Part shown: positions 19,997-29,665 of the stretch, piece by piece
Layout of the letters: every line of letters starts with the position of its first letter
How positions within the stretch are numbered: position 1 is the first letter of the stretch
Virus record (IMG/VR): IMGVR_UViG_2934319770_000001
Span: 1,376 to 65,375 of that record
Direction: 5' to 3' (one strand)
Length of the DNA: 64,000 bases
Source of the DNA: a virus
Lineage: Duplodnaviria; Caudoviricetes
Notes under the pieces: generated by a model
The model's database searches: none
What the model saw: only the letters and a program-made list of their open reading frames with translations
Told to the model about the DNA's origin: nothing
Made by a program: the position numbers and the translations under genes

Positions 19997-20398
19997 TCAG
20001 ACGGCCGGGTGCACGTAGAGCTGGTAGGTGGCGCCGTACCGGCGCACGGAGGTGTTCTCGTATGGCCGCCAGGCGGGCGCGGCCACCGTCGAGACGCCGG
20101 TGACCACGGCGCCGCCGGTCGTCGAACCGCGCAGCACCGTCAGGAGCAAGCCCCGGACCTGCGCGGAGAGGGTCGCGGCGGCGGCCCGGGTGGTGGCGTA
20201 GACGTCGACGTCGACCAGGGCCCGGTCGAGGCGGAGCCCGTCGTCGTCCCCGGCCGGGATCCGCTCGACCTGCACCGTCGGCAGCTCGTCGGCGAGGTGG
20301 TTGTCCAGCTCGTCGCGGACAACGACTGAGGGGCCCAACTGCTGCTGAAGCCAGCCGATCAGCAGGGTCTCGACGTCAACGGAGCCGACCGTGCTCAT
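19997..20398 (-). CDS. Tail terminator
   Basis: LPTVQVERI.G.DD..VDVDVYA..RYGATY. Confidence 0.75.
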   Translation of the reverse strand: MSTVGSVDVETLLIGWLQQQLGPSVVVRDELDNHLADELPTVQVERIPAGDDDGLRLDRALVDVDVYATTRAAAATLSAQVRGLLLTVLRGSTTGGAVVTGVSTVAAPAWRPYENTSVRRYGATYQLYVHPAV

Positions 20399-20724
20399 CC
20401 TCGGCCGCCGGCGATGGCGGCCCGCAGGAGCACGTGGTGGGCGGGGACGCGCGCGGTGCCGTACTCGACCCATCGCGCGTAGGGGGCGGAGTTCCAGACG
20501 GTGGCGACCGCGCGGTCCCGCCGGGCGCCGCCCCGCTTGTGGCTGCTCACGTGGAAACTCGCCTTGTACAGGCCGGGGTGCGGGTCGCCAGGACCGCCGA
20601 CGGGGGCGATCGACTCGGCCACGCTCTGGATCACGCGGGCGCGGCGCAGCATCTCCGCCTCGACCATCTCCGAACGCAGCAGCTCGCCGACACCGCGTTT
20701 GCTCATGCGGAAGCGTGCTGGCAC
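20395..20724 (-). CDS. HK97 gp10-like neck/tail completion protein
   Basis: APV..YKASF..N.APYARWVEYGT. Confidence 0.75.
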   Translation of the reverse strand: MPARFRMSKRGVGELLRSEMVEAEMLRRARVIQSVAESIAPVGGPGDPHPGLYKASFHVSSHKRGGARRDRAVATVWNSAPYARWVEYGTARVPAHHVLLRAAIAGGRG

Positions 20725-20763
20725 CGTGGCACCTCCCAACAGCACAAGATTCAGGGGGGATTC

Positions 20764-21084
20764 ATGATCGAAGTTCGTTCCAAGAGCAGCGGCACCGTGA
20801 CCTTCGACGGGAGCCTGATCACCATCAGTCGGGACACCATGGCGGCCCGGTCTGTGTTCGGCCGCACGCAGCAGACCATCCCAGTCGCCCAGGTCAGCGG
20901 CATTGAATGGCGCGACGCTAGCCGCTGGCACGGCGGCTACCTACGCCTCCTGGTAGCCGGCAGCCAGGCCGCCGCCAGCCAGACGCCCGTCAACAGGGAC
21001 GCGAACGCCGTGTTCTTCTCCCCGAAGACGCAGCCGGAGTTCGAGAAGCTGCGCAAGGCGATCGAGCAGGCGCTCAGCCGGTGA
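20764..21084 (+). CDS. DUF4429 (PH-like) protein; antisense moron in head-tail module
   Basis: GTVTFDG..IPVAQVSGIEW..GYLRL..D.NAVFF..FEKLRKAIE; GGGGGA RBS. Confidence 0.75.
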   Translation: MIEVRSKSSGTVTFDGSLITISRDTMAARSVFGRTQQTIPVAQVSGIEWRDASRWHGGYLRLLVAGSQAAASQTPVNRDANAVFFSPKTQPEFEKLRKAIEQALSR

Positions 21085-21436
21085 TCCGGTCGGCCGCCAC
21101 CTGCACCGGACCGCGCAGGCCCGTGAACGGATTGCGGCCCCAGTCGCCGGGCTGCCCGGTCACCTCGCACACCTGCCCGCGGATGCGGAGTCGGTCGGTG
21201 GTGCGGATGTCCGTGCCGGGCGGGGCGTAGATGGTCCAGCCGGTGATGACGGTATCCCGCCCCTGCTGCTCCGCCCCGCCGACCGTCGGGGTCGCCTCGC
21301 GGGGGACGACGACGCACCCCTTGACGGGGGTCTCGGTGACGGAGCCGGGGATCGGCTGGCCGCGCGGGTCCCGCCCCGGCGAGGGCCCGGTGCGCAGCAC
21401 CGTGATCGTCTCGGCGAACGGGTAAGGGGTGGGCAT
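21074..21436 (-). CDS. Head-to-tail stopper/closure protein
   Basis: ETITVLR..YAPPGTDIRTTDRLRIRG..V.G.P..W. Confidence 0.75.
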   Translation of the reverse strand: MPTPYPFAETITVLRTGPSPGRDPRGQPIPGSVTETPVKGCVVVPREATPTVGGAEQQGRDTVITGWTIYAPPGTDIRTTDRLRIRGQVCEVTGQPGDWGRNPFTGLRGPVQVAADRITG

Positions 21437-21853
21437 CTACGCCCACCCCCAGCCCGGTTCCCACTCCAGCCCGGGGCCGTAGTCGTCATCGATCGGGTAC
21501 GTCGGGCTGACGTCGGCACCCTTCGGGGTCGGGTCGATCGTGAACGCCCCGCCCCTCCCCGCCATGCTCTTGAGCGCGGCCTTGTCCGCCTTCGTCAGGT
21601 ACAGGCCCCCGGAGCCCTGGGGCCGCTGCACCGACATCGGGCCGATCGTCTCGTACGAGACCTGCTGCGGATTGACGTACGCCCGGCCGGCCGCCGACAG
21701 GACGACCGCCGACGCGCCGGACGGCAGCGGGGAGACGACGGACATGCACAGGTTGATGGCCTGCTGGATCAGCAGGTCCGCGCGCGCCCCGTCGATCTCC
21801 GATAGGCCAAGGTAGAGGCCCAGTTGCTCGGCCGTGGGCACGGTGAACGCCAA
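21437..21853 (-). CDS. Head-to-tail adaptor
   Basis: ARADLLI..RAYVNP..ETIGP..GLYLTKADK. Confidence 0.75.
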   Translation of the reverse strand: MAFTVPTAEQLGLYLGLSEIDGARADLLIQQAINLCMSVVSPLPSGASAVVLSAAGRAYVNPQQVSYETIGPMSVQRPQGSGGLYLTKADKAALKSMAGRGGAFTIDPTPKGADVSPTYPIDDDYGPGLEWEPGWGWA

Positions 21854-21872
21854 CGCGGTCACCTCCTCAGGG

Positions 21873-22901
21873 TCAGGCCAGGGCCTCGACCGCGTCGCAC
21901 CAGGCGGCCAGCTCGGCGGCCGGGTCCAGCTCGGCGGAACGGGCCCGGGCCTTCTTCGCGGCGGCCCGGTACTCGGTCGTCGTCTCCAGGCGGCGCAGCG
22001 CCGCCTCCCAGCCGTCCACGTCCTCCCGCTCGACGTAGATCCCGGCGTCCCCCAGGGCCTCACGGATCCCCGGGGTGGGAGCCGCGACGACCGGGATGCC
22101 GGAGGCCAGGGCCTCGACACCGACCCGGCCCCAGGACTCGTAGACGCTGGGCATCAGCAGGACGCGCGTGCGGGCGTAGACCTGTTCCCGCATCTCATGC
22201 CCGGGGGTGTGCTCGACAACCTCAACGTTCGGCAGGTCCAGGAGCACCTGCTCTCCGTACGCCCCTCGCACCGCCAGGAACGTGGTATCCGGCAGTCGGC
22301 GGGCCAGCTCCGCGAAGACCTGACCGCCCTTCTCGAACGAGCAGTTGATCAAGGTGACGCGGTCGCCCGGCTTGGTGCGGTACTCATCCGCGAAGACGGG
22401 CGGCCGGACCACGACGGTCCGGCGTGGCTGGAGTAGCGTCGGGCACTCCGCGAAGAACCGGTTCGCTTCCTGCTCCATCCACTTCGAGTTGTAGACGGCG
22501 AGCGCGGTGTCGCCCCCCGCCATGTCGCGGAACGTCGACGAGTGCGTGTTGTGGCACAGCACCATGAGCGGCTTCCCGTACCCCCGGGCCAGGGCGGCCG
22601 TCGAGGGGACGTTCTCCAAGTGGGAGACGAGGACGTCCGCGTCGCGGACCGCCGCCCCGGCGTCCATCCGTGCCTGAAGCGGCACCACCTGAATCCCGTC
22701 GAGGACGTACGGCTCCGGGGCGCCGCCGTAGCGCGACAGCCACACCTGCACGTCGTGGCCGCGCTCGACCAGCGCGCGGAGCATCGAGTGGGCCATCCAC
22801 TCCGCGCCGGCGTTGTGCCGCGGCGGATACCCGTGGAACCGCGCCACCACCCGCAGCCCGGCCCGGCCCGCGACCTTCTTCGGCCGGTCGGCTGCGGTCA
22901 C
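21873..22901 (-). CDS. GT-B (GT4-like) glycosyltransferase
   Basis: AGAE, KGG, LLMPSVYESWGRVGVEALASGIPVV. Confidence 0.88.
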   Translation of the reverse strand: MTAADRPKKVAGRAGLRVVARFHGYPPRHNAGAEWMAHSMLRALVERGHDVQVWLSRYGGAPEPYVLDGIQVVPLQARMDAGAAVRDADVLVSHLENVPSTAALARGYGKPLMVLCHNTHSSTFRDMAGGDTALAVYNSKWMEQEANRFFAECPTLLQPRRTVVVRPPVFADEYRTKPGDRVTLINCSFEKGGQVFAELARRLPDTTFLAVRGAYGEQVLLDLPNVEVVEHTPGHEMREQVYARTRVLLMPSVYESWGRVGVEALASGIPVVAAPTPGIREALGDAGIYVEREDVDGWEAALRRLETTTEYRAAAKKARARSAELDPAAELAAWCDAVEALA

Positions 22902-23854
22902 GAAGCGCCCGCCGTCGCGACGTACCGCACGAACGCCTGGTGGTCGGAGAGGACAAAGCCGTAGTAAGCCTCGGCCAGCAGGAGGACCAAGTTCTCCTGG
23001 AAGGCGCTGTGGACGCCGCCGTCCTCGTCGATGTACGTCGCCTCACGGGAGATCTTGACGGAGATGTCCATGCCGACGCCGTAGGCGGCCTGCGTCCAGT
23101 CCCCGCCGAGGGCCCGGAGCCCGGAGTCCACGCTGGTGGACTGCCGGCGCTGCTTGCCGGAGACGGACCGGGAGTAGGCGATCGGCTCGCCGACGAGGGT
23201 GCCCGCGAGGGCGGCGCCGGTGCCGGGCTGGGTGGTGTCCACCAGGATCGGCCGGCCGGTGGTGTCCGTCGCCCCGAGAAGCTTGGGCTTGAGGCGGTGG
23301 TCGGCGACGGTGCCGGTGTAGTCCCAGTCGTCCGAGATGGTCAGGTCCATGCCCTTGACGATGTCGCCCCAGATCCCGCCGTTGGCCTGGGTGGTCGTGC
23401 CGATGAGCACTTCCTTGGTCGTGGCGGCGAGGTAGTCGGGGAAAGGCCCGACCGCGCCCTTCATGGTGCGGCCGTGGATGGTGGCCATGTCGAAAGCCCG
23501 CGCGAAAGCGGTCGGCAGATCGGACTGGAGCTGCGTCCACAGCCCGGCCGCGTTGGACTCCACGACCTCCATCGCGGCGGGGATGAGCACGGCGATTTTC
23601 TTGCCGGACATCTGCTTGACGGTGACGCCGCCGCTGCCGAGCGGCTTCCGGCCGGCCTGGTCGACCCAGTCGGCGGTCGGCACGTCGAGCGGCACGGGGA
23701 TCGCCGTGGTCGCCGACATCGACAGCGGCACCCGTCGGGCGAGCGACATCACCGCGGACTGCTCGACAGACTTCGCGAAGATCGGACCGACCAGCGTGGG
23801 CGGCAGGAAAGTCGGGTTGATGTCGCTGAGCTTGATGGGGTTCGTGTGAGCCAT
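22898..23854 (-). CDS. Major capsid protein (HK97 fold)
   Basis: LPPTL..I..S.VMSLARRVP..KKIAVLIP..FQENLVLLLAEAYYG. Confidence 0.9.
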   Translation of the reverse strand: MAHTNPIKLSDINPTFLPPTLVGPIFAKSVEQSAVMSLARRVPLSMSATTAIPVPLDVPTADWVDQAGRKPLGSGGVTVKQMSGKKIAVLIPAAMEVVESNAAGLWTQLQSDLPTAFARAFDMATIHGRTMKGAVGPFPDYLAATTKEVLIGTTTQANGGIWGDIVKGMDLTISDDWDYTGTVADHRLKPKLLGATDTTGRPILVDTTQPGTGAALAGTLVGEPIAYSRSVSGKQRRQSTSVDSGLRALGGDWTQAAYGVGMDISVKISREATYIDEDGGVHSAFQENLVLLLAEAYYGFVLSDHQAFVRYVATAGAS

Positions 23855-23867
23855 GGGGGGCTACCTT

Positions 23868-24458
23868 TCAGCGGCCCCTGTCCAGGGACCGTTTCATGAA
23901 GTCGGCGAACTGCGCGCCGGGGTCAGGGGGAGTGCGCTGGCCGTTGCCCGAGGAGCCCTGGGCGCGGTCCGGAGCCGGACGCCGCGGCCCGTCATCGGGC
24001 CGGGCGGCCCAGTGCGGCTTGCGCTTGAGCAGGTCGGCGAGCGCCGCCTTGATGCCGTCGGTGTCGATCACGCCGTCGTCGTCCACGAACGCGGCCGGGT
24101 CCAGGGCGCCGGCGGCGTCCTCCGGATCGGTGAAGTCGCGGGCGGCCAGGGCTTCGACCCGCGCGGCGACCGCCGCCCGAGTGGCCTTCGCGGCCCGCTC
24201 CTGCGCGGCCGTGAGCTGGTCGGAGAGCCTCTGCTGCTCGGACTTCTGCGCGTCCTCCAGCTCCTGGGCCTTCCGGGCCAGGGGCTCCAGTTCGCGCAGC
24301 CGGTCGCGGAGGTTCTTCGCCTCGGCATTGGCCTTGCGGATCTTCGCTTCGGCACGCGATCGGTCGAACGGCTCCTCGCCGCCGCCTTCGGCCTCCGGGG
24401 CCGGGTCGGGCTCGCGTGACTGCTCATCGGCCTGCGTGATCTCGTCGGGTTCAGGCAT
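23868..24458 (-). CDS. Capsid scaffolding protein
   Basis: Coiled coil KIRKANAEAKNLR..KSEQQRL..LLKRKPHWA. Confidence 0.8.
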   Translation of the reverse strand: MPEPDEITQADEQSREPDPAPEAEGGGEEPFDRSRAEAKIRKANAEAKNLRDRLRELEPLARKAQELEDAQKSEQQRLSDQLTAAQERAAKATRAAVAARVEALAARDFTDPEDAAGALDPAAFVDDDGVIDTDGIKAALADLLKRKPHWAARPDDGPRRPAPDRAQGSSGNGQRTPPDPGAQFADFMKRSLDRGR

Positions 24459-24514
24459 GGGGACGCCCTCCAGGGGCTCGACATGGGAAAGGCCGCCTCC
24501 AGGGCGGCCGGTGA

Positions 24515-25279
24515 TCAGACGGTGGGCAGGTGCCCGTGTTCGGCGAGCGCCCGCCGGAAGCGGTTCACCTGCTCGCCCGAGTGCGGCGCGGCGTACTCGC
24601 GGTACAGCCGCTCCCACTCGCGTGCGTGCGCGGACAGCTCGAAACGCTGTCCACGGAAGACGGGGATCATCTGGCAGTGGCAACCGTCATGCGAGGCGAA
24701 AGCCACGGTCCGCCGGTCGTACACGGCTCCTCGGGCGGCCAGCATCTTGCAGAAGGCACAGGCCCCGAGCGCCGCGGCCCGCGCGTGGCCGATCGCGAAC
24801 CGGTCCTGCCGGACCGCCTCTCCGATCGTCGCGCGGCCCTGGTCGGCGACGAGCTTCTGCGCGACCTGCTCGGCCCGCTCCTCGGCGGCGTCCAAGCGCT
24901 GCTCCAGCGGCAACCGCTGCGCCGGCGTCGTCGCCGGGTCCTCGGGGTCGCGGGTCCAGATGTCCTTCGTCGCCCACCGCAGCGACGCGTCGACCTGCTC
25001 ATCCGGCGGCGCATCAGCGACCGGCACGGTGAAGCGGCTGGTGATGCGGGCGGCGGCGCGCTGCGCATCGTAGAACTCCGCCGCCAGCGACGCCGAGGCC
25101 GCCCCGTACCGGTCCACCAGCGCGGTCACCGCGTCGATCCACACCGGTACCGACGGCTGAAGCCGCGACGGGATGATCAGCCGCCGCAGGCCGCGCATCT
25201 CCCGCACCAACAGGCGCGTCAGCGACCTCTGCGCGGCGCGCGGCCGGTCGGCCGCCGCATCAGAGACCCGCCGTGCCAT
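24515..25279 (-). CDS. MuF-like minor capsid / head maturation protein
   Basis: ACAFCKMLAARGAVY..HDGCHC..P. Confidence 0.75.
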   Translation of the reverse strand: MARRVSDAAADRPRAAQRSLTRLLVREMRGLRRLIIPSRLQPSVPVWIDAVTALVDRYGAASASLAAEFYDAQRAAARITSRFTVPVADAPPDEQVDASLRWATKDIWTRDPEDPATTPAQRLPLEQRLDAAEERAEQVAQKLVADQGRATIGEAVRQDRFAIGHARAAALGACAFCKMLAARGAVYDRRTVAFASHDGCHCQMIPVFRGQRFELSAHAREWERLYREYAAPHSGEQVNRFRRALAEHGHLPTV

Positions 25280-26708
25280 CGGTGGCCCCCGCATCCGCCG
25301 CCGGCTGCGCGGCCTCGGCGCCACCGGCCGGGGCCAGGCGGTCGAGGAGCGCGGTGCCGGCCGCCCGGCGGCGGTCCGCGGCGACCCGGCGCCGTTGGTC
25401 CTCGTTCAGCCCGGCCAGTTCCAGGGCGACATCCGACTCGGCCGGGATGATCCCGGCCTGGACGAGCTTGACGGCGCTGTCGGTCTGCGCGGCGACGGTC
25501 GGGGTCGCCGGGTTGCGCCACACGCACTCGATCCGCCGGGAGCGGTCCGGGGGCTCGCCGTCCCGCACCCAGAGGGCGAGGCGCATCACCTCGCGCCACG
25601 CCGCACCGAAGCGCCTCGTCCTGCGCTCGGCCTTCTTCACCAACATCCCCTCCGCCGAGCGGATCGCGTCCGCGCTGGCGGGGTTGTCGCTGGTGTAGCC
25701 CAACATGTGGGGAGGCAACCCCAGTTGGGTGGCCATGATTCGCGCATACAGGTCGATGATCTTCGTCTGTGTCGCGGGATCGTGCGCCGGGAACTGGCCG
25801 ACCTGCGGAATCTGCCCGTCCTCGTCCCGCTCCAGGGCGAGCACGCGGCCGATATACGTCTCCCACGCCGATTTCGCGTGCCCCTCGGCGTCCTGGAATG
25901 CCGACTCCGAGGCGCCGAGAATGTACCGCTGCGGCGCCCCGTAGAACTCGGCGGACACTTCGATTCCCATAAGCCGCCGACAGGCCGCGTCCGTGATGGA
26001 CATGACGTCAGAGGTGATCTCGCTTTTACCTACCCGGTCTGCCGTCCTCTGCCGGTTCGCCATCCGTACCACTGGCACCACGCCCATCTGGTGCACGTCT
26101 CGGTCCAGCACCTCCCAGCCGGTGTCCGTCTGTACCGCGTGGATCGTCTGGTCCGGCAGGTACAGCACCGTCAGCCGCTCCTGCGGCCCGAGCCCGTACC
26201 CGAATCCGTCGCCCTGGCACTCGCGCAGTGCAGCCGTGGCCATCCTGATGCGCGCGTCCCACATCAGGGTCATGTCCAGCGGCGACTCCACCGTGATCAG
26301 CGGCGGGCAGTCCGCCGTACCACAATCCCCGGAGCCGACCGCGATGTACTCCCGCCCGTACGTCAGCGCATCCAGGTGCGCGAGCGAAGACTCGTCGAAG
26401 ATGTTGTTCGCCTCGGCGATCTCCTCCAGGTCCGAGGCGTCCGAACCGTCCGCCCACCGCAGCGCCTCCAGGTCAAGACGCTGCTCCAGAGCCTCCACAC
26501 CGATCCGCGGCCACCCGATGATCGTGTGCAGGCTCTTGAGCTGCGGCGGAATGCTGATACCGAGGTCCCTCACGAGCTGCTCGCCGTTGAAGTACGCGTC
26601 CAGCAGCTCCAGGTGGAAACGGCGGGCGAGCAGGTCGGTGCGCAGGTGGGTGATCAGGTCGAGTTCGTCGTCCGACAGGGCGAGCAGGGGAAGCGTCGGG
26701 GTGGTCAT
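25260..26708 (-). CDS. Portal protein (SPP1 gp6-like)
   Basis: YFNGEQ, GWPRIGV, GVVPVV, EFYGAPQRYILG, NPASADAIR. Confidence 0.9.
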   Translation of the reverse strand: MTTPTLPLLALSDDELDLITHLRTDLLARRFHLELLDAYFNGEQLVRDLGISIPPQLKSLHTIIGWPRIGVEALEQRLDLEALRWADGSDASDLEEIAEANNIFDESSLAHLDALTYGREYIAVGSGDCGTADCPPLITVESPLDMTLMWDARIRMATAALRECQGDGFGYGLGPQERLTVLYLPDQTIHAVQTDTGWEVLDRDVHQMGVVPVVRMANRQRTADRVGKSEITSDVMSITDAACRRLMGIEVSAEFYGAPQRYILGASESAFQDAEGHAKSAWETYIGRVLALERDEDGQIPQVGQFPAHDPATQTKIIDLYARIMATQLGLPPHMLGYTSDNPASADAIRSAEGMLVKKAERRTRRFGAAWREVMRLALWVRDGEPPDRSRRIECVWRNPATPTVAAQTDSAVKLVQAGIIPAESDVALELAGLNEDQRRRVAADRRRAAGTALLDRLAPAGGAEAAQPAADAGATDGTAGL

Positions 26709-28341
26709 TGCAGCACCACCACCCTTCCGGACCGCGCGGCCTTCTTCCGGCCGAGCCCCTTGGCAACGGCATCGACACGGCACTGCCAGGCCAGCACCGC
26801 CGCGACCGCCGCGTCGATCTTGCGCGGCGACTCCGGGTGCTCCTTGGCGATCTGAATGCCCGACCGCGACTCGCGGCGACGGGCGTTGAGGACGTGGCGG
26901 GTCAGGACGCTAGAGCCGTCATGCGTCAGCTCCCCGTCAACCACCGACGACCTGAACTTCTCCAGTGCCCTCACGATCAAGTTCGCTCGGCCACCGGTCA
27001 TCCACCACTCGATCGGGTGTTGCAGCGTCGACTTCACCTTCAGCCGGCGCCCGTGCTTCGCCTCCCAGGCGGCGACGTGGGACTCCCACTTCGCCGGGTC
27101 GGCGTACATGCCCACCACGCGGTACCTGCGGAACGCGTCCTCGACGGCGGCCAGTACCTCGACCGTCGGCACCTGCCAGTCCTGCCCGAACGGCCCGTCC
27201 GGCTGCTCCCAGCAGCCCAGCAGGAAGACATGGCCGTCGGAGACCCGGCAGCCCACCAAGGCGGTCGCGTCCGTCACCCCGTGGGAGCGGCGCCGCGAGC
27301 CGTCGAAGCCCAGCACGATCTCCTCGTCCTCGATGAGGACCTTGTCCGCCGCGGCTACCCCGGCCCATTCGGGCTGGGAGATCCAGGAGTCGGAGGCGTG
27401 GGTGATCTGGTTCAGGTAGAAGCGGCGGGCGTCCTGCGGGTGGGTGGCCGGGTCCCAGACCTCGGCGGCGATCCGCTCCAGGTCGACCCAGCCGCCCGCA
27501 GTGTCCGCCGAGTCGCCGTAGACGTACCGCAGGCCCTCCAGCAGGGAGTCGCGGTCGGCCATGTTCGTTCCCGGGTCGGCCTCGCGGTGGTCGTACAGCA
27601 GGCCGTCGTCGCGCGCCCGGCCCTCTACGATGCGCTTCCAGTACTCGGCCGATTCCTCCGCCACGCTGCCCTCGCCGGGCAAGTAGGCGTTCGGCGACTC
27701 GATGCTGGACCCGTTGGTCTTGCCGAGGTTGCGGCGCAGCGTCGCGGCGAGCTTCACGCCGCCGTTCGACGGCCGCCACTCCTCCGTCTGGTCCAGCACG
27801 CAGAAGACCGGCCGGTTGCCCTCCCGCGACGTGGCCGCCGAGGTCACGAACTCGATCCGGCCCTTCGGGAGGTTGACGAAGCTCTCCAGGGGCTCCAGGC
27901 CCGGGTACTCGTCGATCGCCGGGCCCTCGCGCAGCATCTCCAGCAGCGGCGCCCAGGCGTTGCGGGTCTGGTCCTCGCTCACGGCCGCGAGCTGCACCCA
28001 CGGGGTGCGCAGCTCGGCCCAGGGGCGTCCTATCGGCTCGCCGTCCGCGTCCCAGCCGTCCGGGACGACCGGGGCCAGCGCTTCCGCGCACGCGATGGCG
28101 GCGAGCACCGGGCTTTTCCCCAGCCCTTCGGCCGCGACAGGACGCCGCGCCGGTACCGCCTCCTCCCCGTGCGCGGGTCGATCGCGTAGAAGTTGAGGAT
28201 GAACTGGGCCTGTTCCCGGGTCAGGACCAGCGGCTCGTACTCGGTGCGGTCCGGGGCGGCGAGCATGTCGCTCATCCAGTCCAGGACCACGTAGCCGAGC
28301 GTCGGCATTTCGCCCGGGTAGCTAGGACCCCGCCACGGCAT
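26705..28341 (-). CDS. Terminase large subunit, split by a -1 frame change at about 28114-28120
   Basis: SRPKGWGK|SPVLAA Walker A; LAAVSEDQT; VLDQTEEW Walker B; LGFDGS nuclease; KIDAAVA. Confidence 0.88.
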
Positions 28342-28801
28342 CGCCACCTCCCGGAAGCACCTTGAGATCGGCGTACCGCTGCTTCGCGGAGCTCGACGCC
28401 GGCCGCTTCGCGTCCGCCTCGTCGGCCTGCGCGAACTGCATCCGCAGCCTGGCCCGGTCCTCCGGCGTCGCCCCGAACTTCGCCACCCGCAGCCGCAGCT
28501 CGGCCGCCGCGGACATCTCCCCCGACCACAAGCGGGCGTGGACCACGGCGGTGTCGAGGAGGAAGTCCCAGTCCGTCGAGCTGAAGTGCTCCGCTTGCGG
28601 GCTGGCCTTCCACATCTCCCACCACTCCAGCGTCCGAGCCGGCCACGCGTACTCGACCAGCTCGCCGTCCTTCATCACCGACAGCGTCGGCAGGTCCGGG
28701 GGCTCGGCCTGCTCGAACCGCAGCACGGTCTGAGCCACCGGGTCCCGGTTCGCGCGCGCCCGGCGGGACGGGTCCTTCGGCTGGGGGCCACGGCCGGCCA
28801 T
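28322..28801 (-). CDS. Terminase small subunit
   Basis: GRGPQPK..EWW..W..SP..TDW..AELRLRVAKFGATPEDRARLR. Confidence 0.85.
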   Translation of the reverse strand: MAGRGPQPKDPSRRARANRDPVAQTVLRFEQAEPPDLPTLSVMKDGELVEYAWPARTLEWWEMWKASPQAEHFSSTDWDFLLDTAVVHARLWSGEMSAAAELRLRVAKFGATPEDRARLRMQFAQADEADAKRPASSSAKQRYADLKVLPGGGDAVAGS

Positions 28802-29098
28802 GCGACCACCCCCTTCGTGATCCAGATCTCCCAGACCCGTAGCCGAATCGAGCGGCTATACGGTCCCGATGGCCAGGGATCTTGGGGGAGGGATCTCCCC
28901 CCCGGGTTGATCTTGGTCTCCGGTTCCAGCCGGGGTGATCAGCGGGCCGTTGTGGTCCGCTGGGGCGCGCCGGCCGTGGGCCTTGGGCGGCTGCGAGCGC
29001 TTCTCGGTGTGCTCGTCCTCGTCCTCGTGGTCGCGTGTGCGGCTCGTGGGTCGGACGGTGCGCGCGTCGTGGTCGGTGGTGGCTCGGTGGCCTGACCC

Positions 29099-29350
29099 TC
29101 ACCTTCGCCTCCGGCTGCCCCGGTTGGCCCGGCTGCCAGGCCACACTCCAGTGGCCTCGTGGAACCGGAGTGCGCAGTATCCCTTGGCCCTGGGACCGAG
29201 GTACTTGCCGACGCGGGAGACGCACCGTGTCCAGGCTCCGCTGTGGAGGGAGTAGCCGATGCCCCCTGCCTTGCCTCGGCTGGTGGGTCGGTCGGACCAG
29301 TACCGCTGTCCCTGCCGTGCGATGCGCCTGCTGCCTCGCTTGCTGGCCAT
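29099..29350 (-). CDS. Small basic conserved actinophage protein
   Basis: YW..WTRCV..GKY..AKGYCALR.HEATGVWPG. Confidence 0.65.
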   Translation of the reverse strand: MASKRGSRRIARQGQRYWSDRPTSRGKAGGIGYSLHSGAWTRCVSRVGKYLGPRAKGYCALRFHEATGVWPGSRANRGSRRRR

Positions 29351-29356
29351 GGTCGG

Positions 29357-29650
29357 TCACTCCTCCCTGAGTCCGGGGTGTGGCTCTGCTGGCCGTGTGC
29401 GGCCCGGCTTCGTGCGGGGCGCGGTGTTGCCTTCTCTGCTGCTCTTGAGCCCGTGGCACTCGGCGCAGACGCCTTGCAGTCCTTCGGGCCGGTGGTCGTC
29501 GACCTTGGCCTTGATGTGGTCGCAGTGGGTGGATGGCCGCACGTGGCAGATGCGGCAGATGGGATCGCGTTCGAGGATGCGGGCGCGGATGCGTCGCCAT
29601 CCGGGCGGGAGCCGCTGGACGCGGTCGGAGTTCTGCCAGCCGCCGCTCAT
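29357..29650 (-). CDS. HNH endonuclease (packaging-associated)
   Basis: W..IRARILERD..C..C..CDHI..LQGVC..CH..K. Confidence 0.88.
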   Translation of the reverse strand: MSGGWQNSDRVQRLPPGWRRIRARILERDPICRICHVRPSTHCDHIKAKVDDHRPEGLQGVCAECHGLKSSREGNTAPRTKPGRTRPAEPHPGLREE

Positions 29651-29665
29651 CGCCACCTCCTCGGT

